Part shown: in pieces, positions 13,150 to 30,256 of the stretch
Layout: each line of letters begins with the position of its first letter
How positions within the stretch are numbered: position 1 is the stretch's first letter
Source of the DNA: Vermamoeba vermiformis
Lineage: Eukaryota
Direction of reading: 5' to 3'
NCBI GenBank assembly: GCA_045837725.1
Contig: JBEWZL010000145.1
Coordinates: 372,001-436,000 of the forward strand
Length of the DNA: 64,000 bases
Program-made: the position numbers and the translations under genes
Notes under the pieces: generated by a model
The model's database searches: none
Told to the model about the DNA's origin: nothing
Seen by the model: the letters and a program-made list of their open reading frames with translations, nothing else

Positions 13150-15112
13150 CTATTTAGGTTCAAACTTGGAAAGGTACAGCGGGTTGGAGTACACGGGTGA
13201 GTCTACGTAAGACACCGAGAGGAAAGGAAATTTTTCAGCAAACGTCGTCCAATCATCTTCGGTGTTTTGATCATCTTCTTCATCATCTTCATCATCGCTA
13301 AAAGTATACTCTTCTTCTGGCTTCATCACATTGAGGCACTGCAAACTCGTGACACGTGTCAAAGATGTCAAAGTGTCACTCGTTACACCACTGATGTCGA
13401 GATCGAGTCGCGTGAGGTGAGTCAAAGTCGATAATAGCGACCAATCAGCGTGCATTTCTTGGTCTATAGATTCATATTTTTGCTTGTCGTTGAAAACTGC
13501 TAACAGTTCCAAGCTCGTCATCGTGCTAACAACTTGCAAAAACGAGTCCATGTCCTCTTTCAAGACGTCAGCGGCAAATATTTTCAATGGCAGGTGTGCT
13601 AATACACCGAAATCTCCTTTGGTGTCTTCAGCATTGAGGCAGCCAAGGTGAGTCAGTCTTGTCAACTTTGCTATTTCGAGGTAGTGCTCTTCTTGCAGTT
13701 TGTTGTTCGAAAATGCTCTCAAATTGGTTAAATGTGGCAAAAATGACCGTTCTATTGAGAGACAGGCACCAGCGTGAAGTCGTTCCAAATTCGTCAAAGT
13801 CGACAGGTTTGCGAGCCTTAAGTTATCATAGGTAAGCACTGTCAAGTCCGTCAAGCGCGTCAATGCACTAACGTCGGCAAGGTAATTCGTCTTTTCCGCG
13901 TGACAGGACATTGTGCCGACTGTCAAGGTGTCCAATGACGTCAAAACAGCAAGGCTCGCGTAGTTGAAATTACTAATTTCGAGCTCTAGTTTGAGATTTT
14001 TCACTGAACTGCTGATGTTCCATAACTCGTAATTGCGTTGCATAAGAATATACAAATACGTCAATTTGTTGAACTCGCTGAAGAATTGCGGATCTGTGTT
14101 CTCTGCTTTCATGTCAATATGTAACCAGTTCAAATTGCGCAAGCTCCTTATTTGGTCATAAATTGTGCTGTCGTTTACTGTAATGAGCAAATGTCTTAAT
14201 TTTGTATTGTTGTCAATTCCGGTGACGCGTTTGGCCGATACTTCTAATGTCTCTAGCGAGCTGATCCCGCTCAAGCATAAGTGTTGTAAATTGATGCCTA
14301 ATAGTTGGAGTTCTTTAAGATTTTGATATATATTGAGTTCGCTTATTTTTTCTGCGAGTCGTATTTTCGGCAAGGCAAAGCACAGTCGAGTCAGATGCGT
14401 TGAAATTGACGGCAACAGATCCGAAGTTGGTATCATCGGAACTGACAGATCTTCTAGCTTTGTTAATAAAGTCACATATTTATCTAATTCTTGGCGCGTA
14501 TAATTGCAATTCGTCAACTGCAAGGTAGCTAGATGTGGCAGATGAACCAAAGCTCGAAGAAACTCTTCAGGGGCACTTAACTGGTCTCTATCTTGTAGTC
14601 TATTCGGGTTGAGAAGAGTAAGTTCGCGTAGATTTGTTAGATTGGTCAATAACTGCCAGTCTGGTTGGTCCCCTGATCGGGACAGATCGTGTTCGAAATC
14701 AGAAAAATACGGGAAAGTAAGCGAGGTAAGGTTGGAAAGCTTTGCAATTTGTTGAATGAACTCGCGCAATGGAATTCTTCGTGGTTTGTGAATAGTCAAG
14801 CTGATTGGAGTGTCATATCTTGATAAACTGTTAATGATGTCGGGGAGGGTAGCAGATCGAGGCAAATAAACCGGAAAGTGTATATTTTTGATCGAATTGA
14901 ACCATATCTTATCAATTAAGCGAACGTTGAGCACGGACTTGTCGTCTAAATACGCCGCTATCAATTGTATAATTTCCTTGAGCAGATCCTGAAAGCGCCA
15001 ATATTTAGCTTTACTATTCTAAAAATTAACTAAAATTAAGGGTTATTATTTAAAATATATGCAAATTGTTTCGAATTAATCAACGGATTTGAGGCAAAAA
15101 TATTCCTACCAT
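13150..15112 (-). CDS. F-box/leucine-rich repeat protein
   Basis: An ATG mini-exon at 15112 splices to DLLKEIIQLIAAYLDDKSVLNVRLIDKIW (F-box). Many LxxLTxLxxL repeats follow, then an acidic tail. Confidence 0.85.
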
Positions 15113-15344
15113 TTTCTTTCAATCTCAGCTTCGTTGTTCAAATCGCAAACATATGTCGCACGTAAGTAAGACTTAGTACTTTATATGTAGCGTGCTGGTG
15201 CATATATCGCGCTAATTAGCAAAAAAGATTTCCGGTGTTTTGTTTTTTGTGGCCTCGACGCACACGGTTAAAAGTACTAGTACTATTCTCTCTTATTAAC
15301 ATTAACAACGCAATAAATACTATTTACTATTCGCATATTTACAA

Positions 15345-17263
15345 CTATGAGTCAGTTTTGTCAGTTTTGTTGGCCTGTGAATTTTTCAACTGCCGCCGGA
15401 TCTGCGTGTACTTGTCAAAGGCCGTATTGTTATTATTATTACCCCTGCTGCTGCCACTACTACTACTGCCAGTCGATCCATCCATTGGTCCGCTAGTGTT
15501 TGAGAACACTTTCTTCAGTCCCCTCATTGACAATCTGAACACAGATCTCACGCCACGGTAGCCAAGGACAGCGCCGGTGAGCGCAAAGAACGGTACTGTA
15601 GCTGGATATATCTATATATGGCATATAAATAAGATGCATACGAACAACTAAATGGTGCTTGGGATCTGCATCCAAAAAGTGGATCTGGTGCAAAATCGAG
15701 ACTTACATAAGCAGAGTACACGTTGTGTTTAGGCACGACATCTAACTGCCGCCTGAACTCGCCTTCATCTCCATCCTCCACGACGTCATTCAAGTGCTTC
15801 TTGATGCCATCAATGTGTGCACCACCGAACACACCAACGATCCTCTCGCCCGTGCATTCGCGCAGTACACTCGCCATGTACTGATCGCGCTCTGTGATCA
15901 TGATTTTCTATCATAATAAAAGCCCTATTAGTAAACAAGTCGCTAGTATTAGTAAAATACTTAATACTAGTTTTTCTATTGAGTGACATGTAGCAACTTT
16001 AATCACGTGTCAAAATGACACTTCGATCAAAAGCTAATAAGCGCTGCTAGATATGGTTATTTCTCGTTACCTGCACGGACTTTGGCATGTTTTTGTTATC
16101 GTCCATGATCCTCTCAAATGACTCTTGTGACGTCAACTCCTCGTTGACAAGTGATTCAAATTGATCACGTGTCATCAGCCCCTTGTCGTACTTGCGTGCC
16201 ATTAATACAAAGCGCAACATGTCCCATGTAAATCGACATAAGAACGGAAATGAAGTTATAATCTCTGTAGGTGTAATTGTTCGGTAGATCCGCGTACTGG
16301 TCACTATTGAAACAAAAAAACTCGATTAGATCGTTCTTCATATCTCAATAAGCTTGTTTAGTTATTGTAATAGGCATCTATATCATATGTAATAACTTGC
16401 AAGTCTATAAATTTAACACTGTGATGTAAAAAAGTCGCTACAAGGCACGTACCGTCAAAATTTCTATCTCCCAATATAATCCTTGATTTTTGCTTCTTTG
16501 CTTCCATAAATGCTGCAAAAAACTCGCCTATATAAACAACATATTAATGTTTGAATATTAGTAAGTGAGAGAAGTCAGATCCGCCAGTTGTCGTCGACAT
16601 CCACTTGTGCTTCTCATATAATCGTGCAAGTTTATTACATACCTCCAGGTCTAACATCTAGAATAGTGCCGAGCTTATAATAGAAATACGACAAGCTGCT
16701 TCTGATTGGCGACGTGAATTGAAAGCGGAACTCACTTGGAGGCCTGTTGGGAAAACGACGTTAAAATGAATCCAATATTTTTAAATAGTAAAAGATTGTA
16801 TAATAATAATTATAGGCTTCAAGAGGGCTTCAAGGGTCGCTGAACTTTTTAAAAAATATTTTCAAACTAAAATTCGACATCCTGCAATTTAAATAGCTTT
16901 TGTCTTCAATAATATTATTTCAATAATTATAGATAAATTTACCATGGCATAGTGAGTAATCCTAAGCGTTCTGGTGAAAGTTCGAGCACAACTGTGTCTG
17001 GCTTCAACTCCTTAACAGCCTTAATACGCCATCGTTAGCATAATAACTTATAATACTCCAATGTAACTATAATGCCACTTGTATTTTCAACATACCTGCC
17101 GGACTTGCTCCTCAGCAGATTTGCTGACATGATTGGTGCCCAATAAATGAATAGGCTTCTTAGTCTTCGGGTGCTCGACTACAACATGCAAAAAGAATTG
17201 TTTGGAAGCATTATTATTGCTATTGGCAGTTGATTCGTCTTTGGTGCGTGGTCCCGAGAACAT
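15345..17263 (-). CDS. TraB-domain protein (TRABD/PrgY-like); multi-exon
   Basis: IHLLGTNHVSKSA, LKPDTVVLEL, PGGEFFAA, ILGDR, ITERDQYMA and VGVFGGAHIDGI are TraB family motifs. Confidence 0.85.
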
Positions 17264-17493
17264 ATTTCAAAATGCAGAATAAATAACTTACGAACTGAAC
17301 TTCACCTTGCCGAAAGAAGCCAATTCAATTCGTAACTGCATCGAAGGGACAACTGTAGGATTATTAAGTCTTCATCATGCTCTGCTACCGTTCTGAACCA
17401 AACGCAGCTTGGGGTTCGGCCAGCCAGATTGCAGCTGCGCAAACCCGTAGCAGCGTCTGTGTACATGGGGGTGTAATAATATTACTATAACCG

Positions 17494-18186
17494 TCAGCGG
17501 ATTAGAATTGACTTCGCTTCTATAAATAACAACGGAACAACTTTATTCCTTTTTAAATTTGAATCAAGCACGCTATATGGGCTTCCTGTGAGTCGTCTAG
17601 GCTGAACTACTACTACTACTACCGCGCCTTTGCCTGTAATAGGACAAAGAGAGGCCGTTGCACTTTCGCAGTAATTGCACTGAAATTTGATCTTGCGTGG
17701 TGACACTTCTCCTGAGGCTCGCTTGCACTGGTCTCAAACCTGCGATCAATCAGAAATATTATTCATTACGTACCAACAAGCAGAATTGTTACCATGCGGT
17801 CAAAATTCCTGCAGGCCATAGTGGTCGGTGTTGGTTTTAAAATCCGCTTTCTTTATTTACATGGGTGGCCTCTTCGCTCAAATAAAAAGCCCTTTATACA
17901 TTTTTTGAGCCAGTTCCGCGACATTCCGGTTGCGCAACTCTCGATCTAGGTTGGAATTAATCACCAAATACTCCAATGATTTGTTTGATCGACCAGATCG
18001 AAGCTTCCTTCGTGCCAATGCTGCAATGCGATTTCTTGCTATTCTCTCCGAGGAGTCCGGGCTCAGGCTGCTAACTTGCACGTCTCTTTTGACTACAACA
18101 GGAGATGAGGGACAGGATTGAGTCTTAGGAGGCTCCTCCCAAATCATCGCATCCAAAAATGAGCTATCAATAACAGGGATATCCAT
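17494..18186 (-). pseudogene. Short or decayed gene with an RPA32C-binding-like motif
   Basis: ORF 18186-17878 contains LSPDSSERIARNRIAALARR. Downstream sequence keeps a splice-like GTACGT...CGCAG and protein-like composition but has several in-frame stops. Confidence 0.4.
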
Positions 18187-18336
18187 GTTCTATCTTCAAA
18201 AATAAAATTAGAAAGGCCTGTCAGAAATTGACCTTTTTTTATCTCCGCAACGGATAGATCATTGACCAAATTTTGACTGTGCTCGATCTTCCATTTATTT
18301 TTAGCCCCTCGCCCGGCACTACAACTCAATAACATC

Positions 18337-19283
18337 ATGGAAGTCTTTTCAAAGTTGCCGTTAGGCTTTATATCATTTCCAATCGTGTTCCTACTTCCGT
18401 ACATTCCTCAGCAGATCAAAGTCTACCTGATGGGAAAAGGAGGTATGATCAATTTATTTTAATTATTCGCGCCCTCGATCGATCATTTTAATTTGATACA
18501 TGATACGTTCTTGAATTTTAATACCCATTAAATTTTGTAATCAATTTTTCAATTTCATTATTGTAGAACTTAAATGACCGCCACCAATATTAATTACATT
18601 ACATAAATAATATAATATCTTTTCGAGCAAGCTAACATAATTAATATTGTTCTTATTACAAGGTCACTACGATAAAGTATCTCCACGAGCCAATACAAGG
18701 GACAATATTGCCGACAGAGATCGTGCTAGAGCTATCGCTGTAAGTACAGTTACTATCATATTTTAAACCGTATTTATTTTTGAATTATGAAGATCCTTTC
18801 TTGAACTAGATCCACTCCGGTACACGTGTTCACAATTTCAGACCATTAACCGCATTATATTATTAGAGATTTGAAGGCGCATATGTTAACGGCATCGAGT
18901 CGTTTGCTCCCTGGGCTGCTGCAGGTACGTCATTAATAATATATAGAACCCTTACTTGCTTATATGCTAGTTCTACAATGCAAGAAAAGCGTTTAGATAC
19001 TATATTAATATTTTACTATTCTTAGTATTGGCAGCTAAATACACTGGCGTTGATAATGCGTTGATCAATGTTTCATCGGTCGTGTTTGTAGCAGCCAGAC
19101 TCTTGCATCTATTGTTTTATATTAAAGGTACGTAGCATATTATACTAACATAACAATCATACTAATACTATTATAGGTGGTAATTTACTATCAGCATCGT
19201 TCAGGACATTATCGTGGCTCGGAGGAGTTGGCGCGACTTGTTATTTGTACGTGATGGCTATTAAGAACGATTGGAAGTCCTAA
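18337..19283 (+). CDS. MAPEG-family membrane protein; five exons
   Basis: YDKVSPR, RFEGAYVNGIESFAPWAAAVL, FVAARLLHLLFYI and RTLSW; four hydrophobic segments. Not in the ORF track because the exons are short. Confidence 0.8.
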
Positions 19284-19430
19284 CGATGGACATATTCATA
19301 CTAATCAATAAGAACTGTATTAAATTGTAATAAAGCTGTATTTTAATTTCTTGGATCACGTGCTTTGTTTTGAGGCTTAATTTTTTCGGATGGGTAATTT
19401 ACTCCATTCATTCTCTCTTCGTGCACCAAC

Positions 19431-21601
19431 ATGGCAGAGCGAAAATTATTCATTCCTCATACTGGTAATAATTACGGTTAACGGTGAAGTCCTTAACTGA
19501 CTTTTGCGATCAGACATTTCCAATCCCGTTGAGCATCTGAAAGCATGGGCCAAGAATAACAATATTGAATTGAATGACCTCAAAACTGCGCAGTTGCTCG
19601 ATCAACAAGATCCTTTGAAGTCGTACAGAGACCAATTTTTCATTCCTCAAATAGAAGATCTGCAAGAAAGCGGTTCAAAAAATGAGAAAAAAGGTAATAT
19701 TATTTTTAAAAAGCATAATCATTAATATTACATAGTATCGCGATTACAGTAATTATTAATTAAATTCTAGAAGATTTTTTTTACGATTTATCGAGTGTCA
19801 ATAAGTTTTTTAGCCGTTCTACAAAATAAGCTAACCATAAATTTAATATAAACCATTTATGCACGTTTCAATACCGCTTCAATCGGTTGATTGCAGATCC
19901 ACAAAAAATAAATAGATAGACTAGCTTACCTCCAACAACAGGTGACAGTGTTTATTTGACCGGTAACTCGCTCGGCCTTCAAGCAAAAAAATCGCATCAA
20001 TATTTGAACGAAGAGATGGAGAAATGGAAGAAGACAGGCGTTCAAGGCCACTTTGTTGGCGATCGACCTTGGGTCACTATTGACGAGGTATGTAACGTCC
20101 TATATGATAATACGAGCCCTCATATTATTTATTTTCATTATATTTGCACGCACATCAGCTTTATCATGCTAACTTTTGCTTGTTTGTTCAAAGGTCGTTC
20201 TACCGCAGATGGCGCGAGTAGTGGGTGCGAAAGAGATTGAAGTCTGCGTCATGAACTCGCTTACTGTTAATTTGCACCTCTTGATGGTCGGATTCTATAA
20301 GCCAACACCTCAACGCCATAAAGTCATTATTGAGGCCGGATCTTTTCCCTCTGATTTGGTACGTCACACGTGCGACTTATACCGCTGATAATACAATGAA
20401 TTAATCGCAACTGTGTAGTATGCTGCCGAGTCTCAAGTCAAGTTACACGGTTTCGATCCAAAGACATCCTTGATCCAAATTAACCGCGACAACATTACCC
20501 TTGAATGTAAGTAACACGTCCAGTCTTCATCGCGAAAGTGACGCATAACTAACGTCGGTGTAGCGCTCAAACCTTACTTGGATGACTCAGTGGCCGTGTT
20601 ATTGTTGCCCGGCATCCAGTACTCGACAGGCCAGTACTTGCCGCTGGAAGACATTGTCAAGGAGGCCAAGAAACACGTGAGTCACAGCCGTTACCTGCAC
20701 TCTAATTGAAGCAAGATCACTAATATTCATTCAAATAGGGTATTGTAGTTGGTTTCGACCTCGCACACGCTGTTGGTAACGTGCCAGTCAAGCTTCACGA
20801 TTGGAACGTTGACTTCGCTTGCTGGTGCTCGTACAAGTACTTGAACTCTGGTCCTGGTGGCATTGGTACGTGAAACAGCTATAGTTAATGAATGTAACAA
20901 CTAGACGATTAACGAACAAATCAGGTGGCTTTTTTATTCACGAACAACACGCGCACAACTTCGATATGCCCAGATTGGCAGGTTGGTGGGGTCACGACCT
21001 CAAGACTAGATTTAAAATGGACGATCCGTTCAAGTAAGTTACCTGCAATCCTACCACTGACCTTTACACGGGTAAACTAACGACTCTTTCAGTCCTATTC
21101 CCGGTGCCTTTGGTTGGCGGTTGTCAAACCCGACAGTATTCCCAATTGTAACCTTGCTCGCGTCATTGGAGTTATTCGACCAAGCAGGCATGGACAACCT
21201 GAGAAGCAAATCCGTTTTGCTCACCGCTTACATGGAAATCCTATTAGGTTTGCTTACCGCCATGGGTGAAACCCACCGACTTTTCGCTAATTTGCGTATT
21301 AACAGACGAAGTAATGAAGGAGAAGGTCACCATCGTCACTCCTCGCGATCACAAACAGCGTGGTTGCCAGTTGAGCTTGCGAGTTGAAGGTGTGGAATCA
21401 AAGCACCTCGAGGAGGACTTGAGGAATGAGGGAGTTGTTGTAGACGTACGTGGTCCCATTATCCGCGCAGCACCGACACCGCTGTACAACAGATTTGAAG
21501 GTAAGATGCGGTGCTAAAATCATTGCAACGGTAACTAACCAGTAAAATTAGATGTTTATCGATTCATACAAATTCTTAGCTCTGTCACGCACAGTAAATA
21601 A
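19431..21601 (+). CDS. KYNU: Kynureninase
   Basis: [47 protein letters not shown] (PLP lysine), GWWGH, RGCQLS and PLYNRF; about nine introns. Confidence 0.95.
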
Positions 21602-21685
21602 AATTGCTTTTACAAGTGATGTTCGCGGCAGATCAGCTATTTACAAGAAAATTAGTTTATTACACATCAGGAGACTATTAACGAA

Positions 21686-21738
21686 GCGAAGTACTCGCGA
21701 CGATAAATTTCGGTTAAAGGGTGGTGTTAAAAAACACC
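21686..21738 (-). terminator. Histone H4 3' processing signal: stem-loop, AATTTATC element and hairpin
   Basis: Minus strand GGTGTT-TTTT-AACACC ACCCTTTAACCGA AATTTATC GTC GCGAGTACTTCGC. Confidence 0.85.
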
Positions 21739-21779
21739 GTATTTTTGTATTACAAATATTTGAGTATTTGTAATTAGAT

Positions 21780-22103
<324 letters not shown>

Positions 22104-22207
22104 TTATGTGTTTCGATGAAGTTGAAATTGGAAAAAGTGTTCGATAAAAAACTATTTATTTCTTTCGGTCATGTGCGTTTATCTTCAAAATCTTGTTGGT
22201 GTTACGG

Positions 22208-22257
22208 GATTGGTCCAAAAAATCGAACAACAAAAATTGACAAAAATTAGACCAATC
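22208..22257. promoter_or_regulatory. Bidirectional H4/H3 promoter with outward-facing CCAAT boxes
   Basis: GATTGGTC at 22208-22215 and GACCAATC at 22250-22257, each about 117 nt from its ATG. TATAAAA near 22304. Confidence 0.7.
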
Positions 22258-22308
22258 GCGTAAAACCTAACCTTGTTTTTCCATTTAAGGCAAGAACAGC
22301 ACGTATAA

Positions 22309-22779
<471 letters not shown>

Positions 22780-22823
22780 GCGTCTTCACGAGACTCAACT
22801 CGAGTGTTAATCACTCACAAAAC

Positions 22824-22874
22824 GGTGTTTTTTCAACACCACCCTTGACTCGGAATTTATCTTCGTTCGCGAAG
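22824..22874 (+). terminator. Histone H3 3' processing signal: stem-loop, AATTTATC element and hairpin
   Basis: GGTGTT-TTTTC-AACACC ACCCTTGACTCGG AATTTAT CTTCG-TTCG-CGAAG. Confidence 0.85.
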
Positions 22875-23749
22875 TAGCCTGTGTTAGTTATCCCACGAAT
22901 TACAGTATTTTATTCGCTGCTTACCTCCGCATATTATTTTTTTCAGGATTGCCGTCGCAGATCGGACTACTAAACGTAGAACGTTGATAGACCTGTCCTT
23001 ACGGTGCCAACAAACCATCACCACCTCAACCTTACTGGCCTCTGTAGCTTAGCTCCGGATCTTGTAATAATTAGCGACTTAGCAGAGATCGGCAGATTTC
23101 GAACACTTACTAAGGACCCGTTGTAAACGAAAAAATAAACGTCTACATTTACAATGAACAAATAATACAAATTTCCTACTAATAGTGCCAAAGCCATTGA
23201 TCGGCCCGCTCATTGCAATCGAATTACATTATTCTTAGCGCGTAACTAAGTTATTATAGATAGCCCAAAAAGCCTTCTAGAATGTGAAATATGCAGAGGA
23301 GGGATTGTTTCAACATGCAAGGCGAAGAGAAGCGCCGCGGCAAGTCCACGCTGCACGTGTACTAAACTCGCCAAATATTCAAACGAAATAATTTGTAAAA
23401 TATTAAATAAATAGCTTGTTGCATGCAATAATAATCTAAGACTAAATCGATTCATAATAAATTATTGTTGGCGAACTAAAATTACTTAACAAATAATTGC
23501 TACTTTCACGGTGTACATATTAGGCTAATATTCAACAAACGAATCGTGCATATGAATGCTTAAGCAAATTACTGTAATCATAAACTCGATGCGCTTTAGT
23601 GTAGTTCTACTTGCGAGATGTGGAATGGTTGATCACGATCCTTTCAAATCGGCTAATGAGATGTCAGCTCATACGCGGTGGTTGACGAGCGGATCGTAAG
23701 AGTAACGAACAGCACTTAGGCACGCAGGAAGGCTAAGACGAAAGTGATT

Positions 23750-23832
23750 GCCCGCCAAAATCACGCCGTGTTGGGAAAATTCCCTGTTCGGTGTATCCAA
23801 AAATCCAAAAAAACAAATTTTCGACCAATCAG
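23750..23832 (+). promoter_or_regulatory. H2A promoter: E2F-like site and CCAAT box
   Basis: GCCCGCCAAAA at 23750-23760 and GACCAATCAG at 23823-23832; both recur upstream of H2B. Confidence 0.65.
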
Positions 23833-23935
23833 GAACAACCGACATGAACAAAAAGTTTTGTTCAGAGTCATTGTAATTCAATTCATTTAAACACAACAAG
23901 GTTTAATTCCAAACAATCTTCTAACTCAATCAACA

Positions 23936-24346
23936 ATGTCTGGTCGTGGTGCTGAAAAGTCTGCTGCTAACAAGGGCAAGAAGTCCGGTGACAAATCCCG
24001 ATCCTTCAAGGCCGGTTTGACCTTCCCTGTCGGTCGTCTCCACCGTCAACTCAAGCACGGTCAATACGCTCGTCGTGTTGGTATTGGTGCCCCTGTCTAC
24101 TTGGCCGCCGTTCTTGAATACCTCACCGCCGAAATCTTGGAACTTGCCGGCAATGCTTCCCGCGACAACAAGAGAGTCCGAATTGTTCCTCGTCACATCA
24201 TGCTTGCCATCAGAAACGACGAAGAATTGAACAAGCTCCTCGGAGACGTCACCATTGCTTCTGGTGGTGTTATGCCTCACATTCAAATGGCTCTCTTGCC
24301 TAAGGGTGAGAAGGGCAAGGAAGAAGGCGAGTCTCAAGCTTACTAA
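23936..24346 (+). CDS. H2AX: Histone H2A with C-terminal SQ motif (H2A.X-like), intronless
   Basis: [21 protein letters not shown]; ends in ESQAY. Confidence 0.95.
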   Translation: MSGRGAEKSAANKGKKSGDKSRSFKAGLTFPVGRLHRQLKHGQYARRVGIGAPVYLAAVLEYLTAEILELAGNASRDNKRVRIVPRHIMLAIRNDEELNKLLGDVTIASGGVMPHIQMALLPKGEKGKEEGESQAY

Positions 24347-24398
24347 GCTCGATAACTCTTCTTTCTTGATGTTTGTAATATAACATCTTTTAAACAAC

Positions 24399-24449
24399 GG
24401 CTTTTTTCAAAGCCACCCTTTCTAAGGAATTTATCGCGGTTTACTCGCG
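24399..24449 (+). terminator. Histone H2A 3' processing signal: stem-loop, AATTTATC element and hairpin
   Basis: GGCTTT-TTTC-AAAGCC ACCCTTTCTAAGG AATTTAT CGCG-GTTTACT-CGCG. Confidence 0.85.
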
Positions 24450-24921
24450 TTCAAATAATTTGTAAATTATTCAAAAATTACTAAATTAGCAGGAACTACT
24501 CGAAAGTGATGCGGCGCTTTTCGCATCTTTGACCCAAATAATTTTCGCTTCAAACAGCTTCGAATCTGGTCTTTCTTATTTATGTTCGTTGCAAATATCG
24601 GTTTCTGCTTGCCTTGGATTTGTTAACAAATACGCTAAATAAAATATTACCTTTTCCAACATCTGTTTCCCTATTATTTGTATCCTGCACAAAGTTGTTT
24701 GATCGGATTACGGATTCAATTTACGTGCGTTTGTTGCTTATCTTAAAATATGGAAAGACAGAAATTAGGAATATTGAGGTTAGTAGTACTTTCGACGCTT
24801 AGTGCTCATCCACCTCGGGCAGGCATCCGCCAGTTTGAAACGGTTAGTTTTAATTTGGGCGCGAAAAAGGTATTTTCTCCCCTTGTTTCTCTTGTCGCCT
24901 ATTATTTCGATCGTCCCAACC

Positions 24922-28221
<3,300 letters not shown>

Positions 28222-28322
28222 GATCGATATAATAACGGCACTATCCCTTTATTCTAGTAGCTTGTTTAGTTGTACAATGTAATAAATTCAGTTCAAATGT
28301 CAATGCAGGATCATTCTTCAAT

Positions 28323-29042
28323 ATGAGCAAGCCAATTCGAATATGCATTGTAGGAGCCGAATCTACCGGCAAGACTATTCTATCACAGAATTTAGCGAAG
28401 CATTTCAGTACTGAGTGGGTGCCTGAGTACGGGAGAGACTACACAGATGAGAAAATACAGAAAGAGGGCAAAGACAACTTAAAATTTAGTACGAATAATA
28501 CTTAAAAATACAGAATATTTAATAACCTGTAATAATAGCTCCGGAGGATTTCTTAGTGATTGGCAAAAGGCAATTAGAAATCGAAGACGAAATTAGCGCA
28601 AAATGCAATAAGCTAGTTATTATCGATAGTAATTTGTTGACTACGTGTTTGGTATGAATAATAGAATTTACTAAAAAATTAATCGACTAATTATTGACGG
28701 TAAAGTGGAGTGAGTTCCTAATCTCGCAGTGCCCGTCAGAGCTCATCGATTTGAAGATAGCCCGCGAGAAGACCTACGACTTGTATATTTTACCTGATAT
28801 TAATGTGCCTTGGGTTGACGACGGTGCGCGCCTAGCCGAGGACACGAAGTGGTTTCATGATCGGTACGCGCCGAACGTCGATCGAGCATTCTCCTTCGTA
28901 TCTAATGAATTGTAATTGCCCTAGGTTCAAGCAAGAACTCGAAACTCGTCAATTAAACTTCGCGGTGATCAGTGGCCCGGACTGGGAGAAGAGGACAGCA
29001 GATGCGATCAGATGCGTGGAAGAGTTTATGAATAATAAATGA
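28323..29042 (+). CDS. NadR-type P-loop kinase domain (AAA_28; ribosylnicotinamide kinase-like); multi-exon
   Basis: ICIVGAESTGKT, WVPEYGRDY, IIDSN, YDLYIL and VPWVDDGAR; three introns. Confidence 0.85.
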
Positions 29043-29101
29043 ACTTCGTCTTGGCTCCATCCGCTATGCTCAAGCGCGCCACCCGTGTTTAGTTCAAAGT
29101 A

Positions 29102-29174
29102 GCCCGCCAAAAATTCTTGCAACGGCTAGAACTGTATCTTGTTTATCCTGTTTTTCATTTTTTGGACCAATCAG
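29102..29174 (+). promoter_or_regulatory. H2B promoter: E2F-like site and CCAAT box
   Basis: GCCCGCCAAAA at 29102-29112 and GACCAATCAG at 29165-29174. Confidence 0.65.
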
Positions 29175-29265
29175 AGCGCTCCGTCCGGATAGCGAAAATT
29201 ACAAATTGTTTTTTTTTGTCCTCATTTCTCAATCTACTCTAATCAAGTAACATCATCAATTCAAT

Positions 29266-29676
29266 ATGCCTCGCGGAAAGAAGGAAGGAGCCGAAAAGGG
29301 TGCCGACAAGCCCAAGACTCAAAAGGTCAAGAAGGCCGCCAAGGGTGAAAAGGGTGAGGATCACTCTCGCCGAAGAAACTACAACAGCTACAGCACCTTC
29401 ATCTACAAGGTGTTGAAGCAAGTCCACCCCGACACTGGTGTCTCCAACAAGGCCATGGCTATCATGAACTCTTTCGTCAACGACATCTTTGAGCGTATTG
29501 CCCAAGAAGCCGGTCGTCTTGCTCGTTACAACAAGAGACAGACCATCACTTCTCGCGAAATCCAAACTGCTGTTCGCCTCTTGCTCCCTGGTGAATTGGC
29601 CAAGCACGCCGTCTCAGAAGGTACCAAGGCCGTCACCAAGTACAACGCCTCCTTGGCTGAGGAGATCAAGAAATAA
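29266..29676 (+). CDS. H2B: Histone H2B, intronless
   Basis: [19 protein letters not shown]...[22 protein letters not shown]. Confidence 0.99.
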   Translation: MPRGKKEGAEKGADKPKTQKVKKAAKGEKGEDHSRRRNYNSYSTFIYKVLKQVHPDTGVSNKAMAIMNSFVNDIFERIAQEAGRLARYNKRQTITSREIQTAVRLLLPGELAKHAVSEGTKAVTKYNASLAEEIKK

Positions 29677-29716
29677 GCGGTTTAGCCTCGCTTACTGATT
29701 GGAAATCAAAAATTAC

Positions 29717-29771
29717 GGTGTTTTTTAACACCACCCTTCAATGAAATTTATCGTCGATCGCGAGATTCGAC
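29717..29771 (+). terminator. Histone H2B 3' processing signal: stem-loop, AATTTATC element and hairpin
   Basis: GGTGTT-TTTT-AACACC ACCCTTCAATGA AATTTATC GTCGATC-GCGA-GATTCGAC. Confidence 0.85.
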
Positions 29772-30256
29772 TTGCTTCAAACTAACCTTAAATTAGCTGA
29801 TGTCCTGTAGTAGTTTTAGTTCGTACCCTGAGTGCTATCCCTCTTTTCTTGTTCTGCAGTTGCGCGCACCGAAGCCCAAAGCGATCACTAATCCGCAATA
29901 CGAAACTAAAACAAGCCAATGTCTGTCGTCTTTGTATTGAATTGTTCTAGGACTTGTAATAAACACCGTTTGAACAAAACTACGGAAAAGTTCTACCTGG
30001 TACGGATTCAGACTTGTAGATTTACTCCCATTGCGGTTGATCAGCAGATGCACAAGCCTTAATACTTAACGCTCGTATTTGAGGGGAAGTCCGTAAGGTG
30101 TAGAATGCTCTTGGTTGGGTTCCGTTAAGCTTCGCCCGAACTTTTCTATTTTAGGCACTATTCGCCAAAGAAAATTTTTAGCTTCTCATTTTCGGTCAAT
30201 TAATTGATCATTTTATAATGAATACACACATTACGTCATTGTAAGTGGATAATATT

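Noticed and set aside
17655-17739. Possible selenoprotein (V-TGA-DQC...CNYC on the minus strand)
   Set aside because: It depends on a speculative splice. The nearest AUGA..GA hairpin lacks proper SECIS geometry, and neighbouring frames contain other stops, so decay is the simpler explanation.
22880-23740. Gene or ncRNA between H3 and H2A
   Set aside because: Some GC-richer patches and splice-like words are present, but no coherent reading frame or recognisable snRNA motif.
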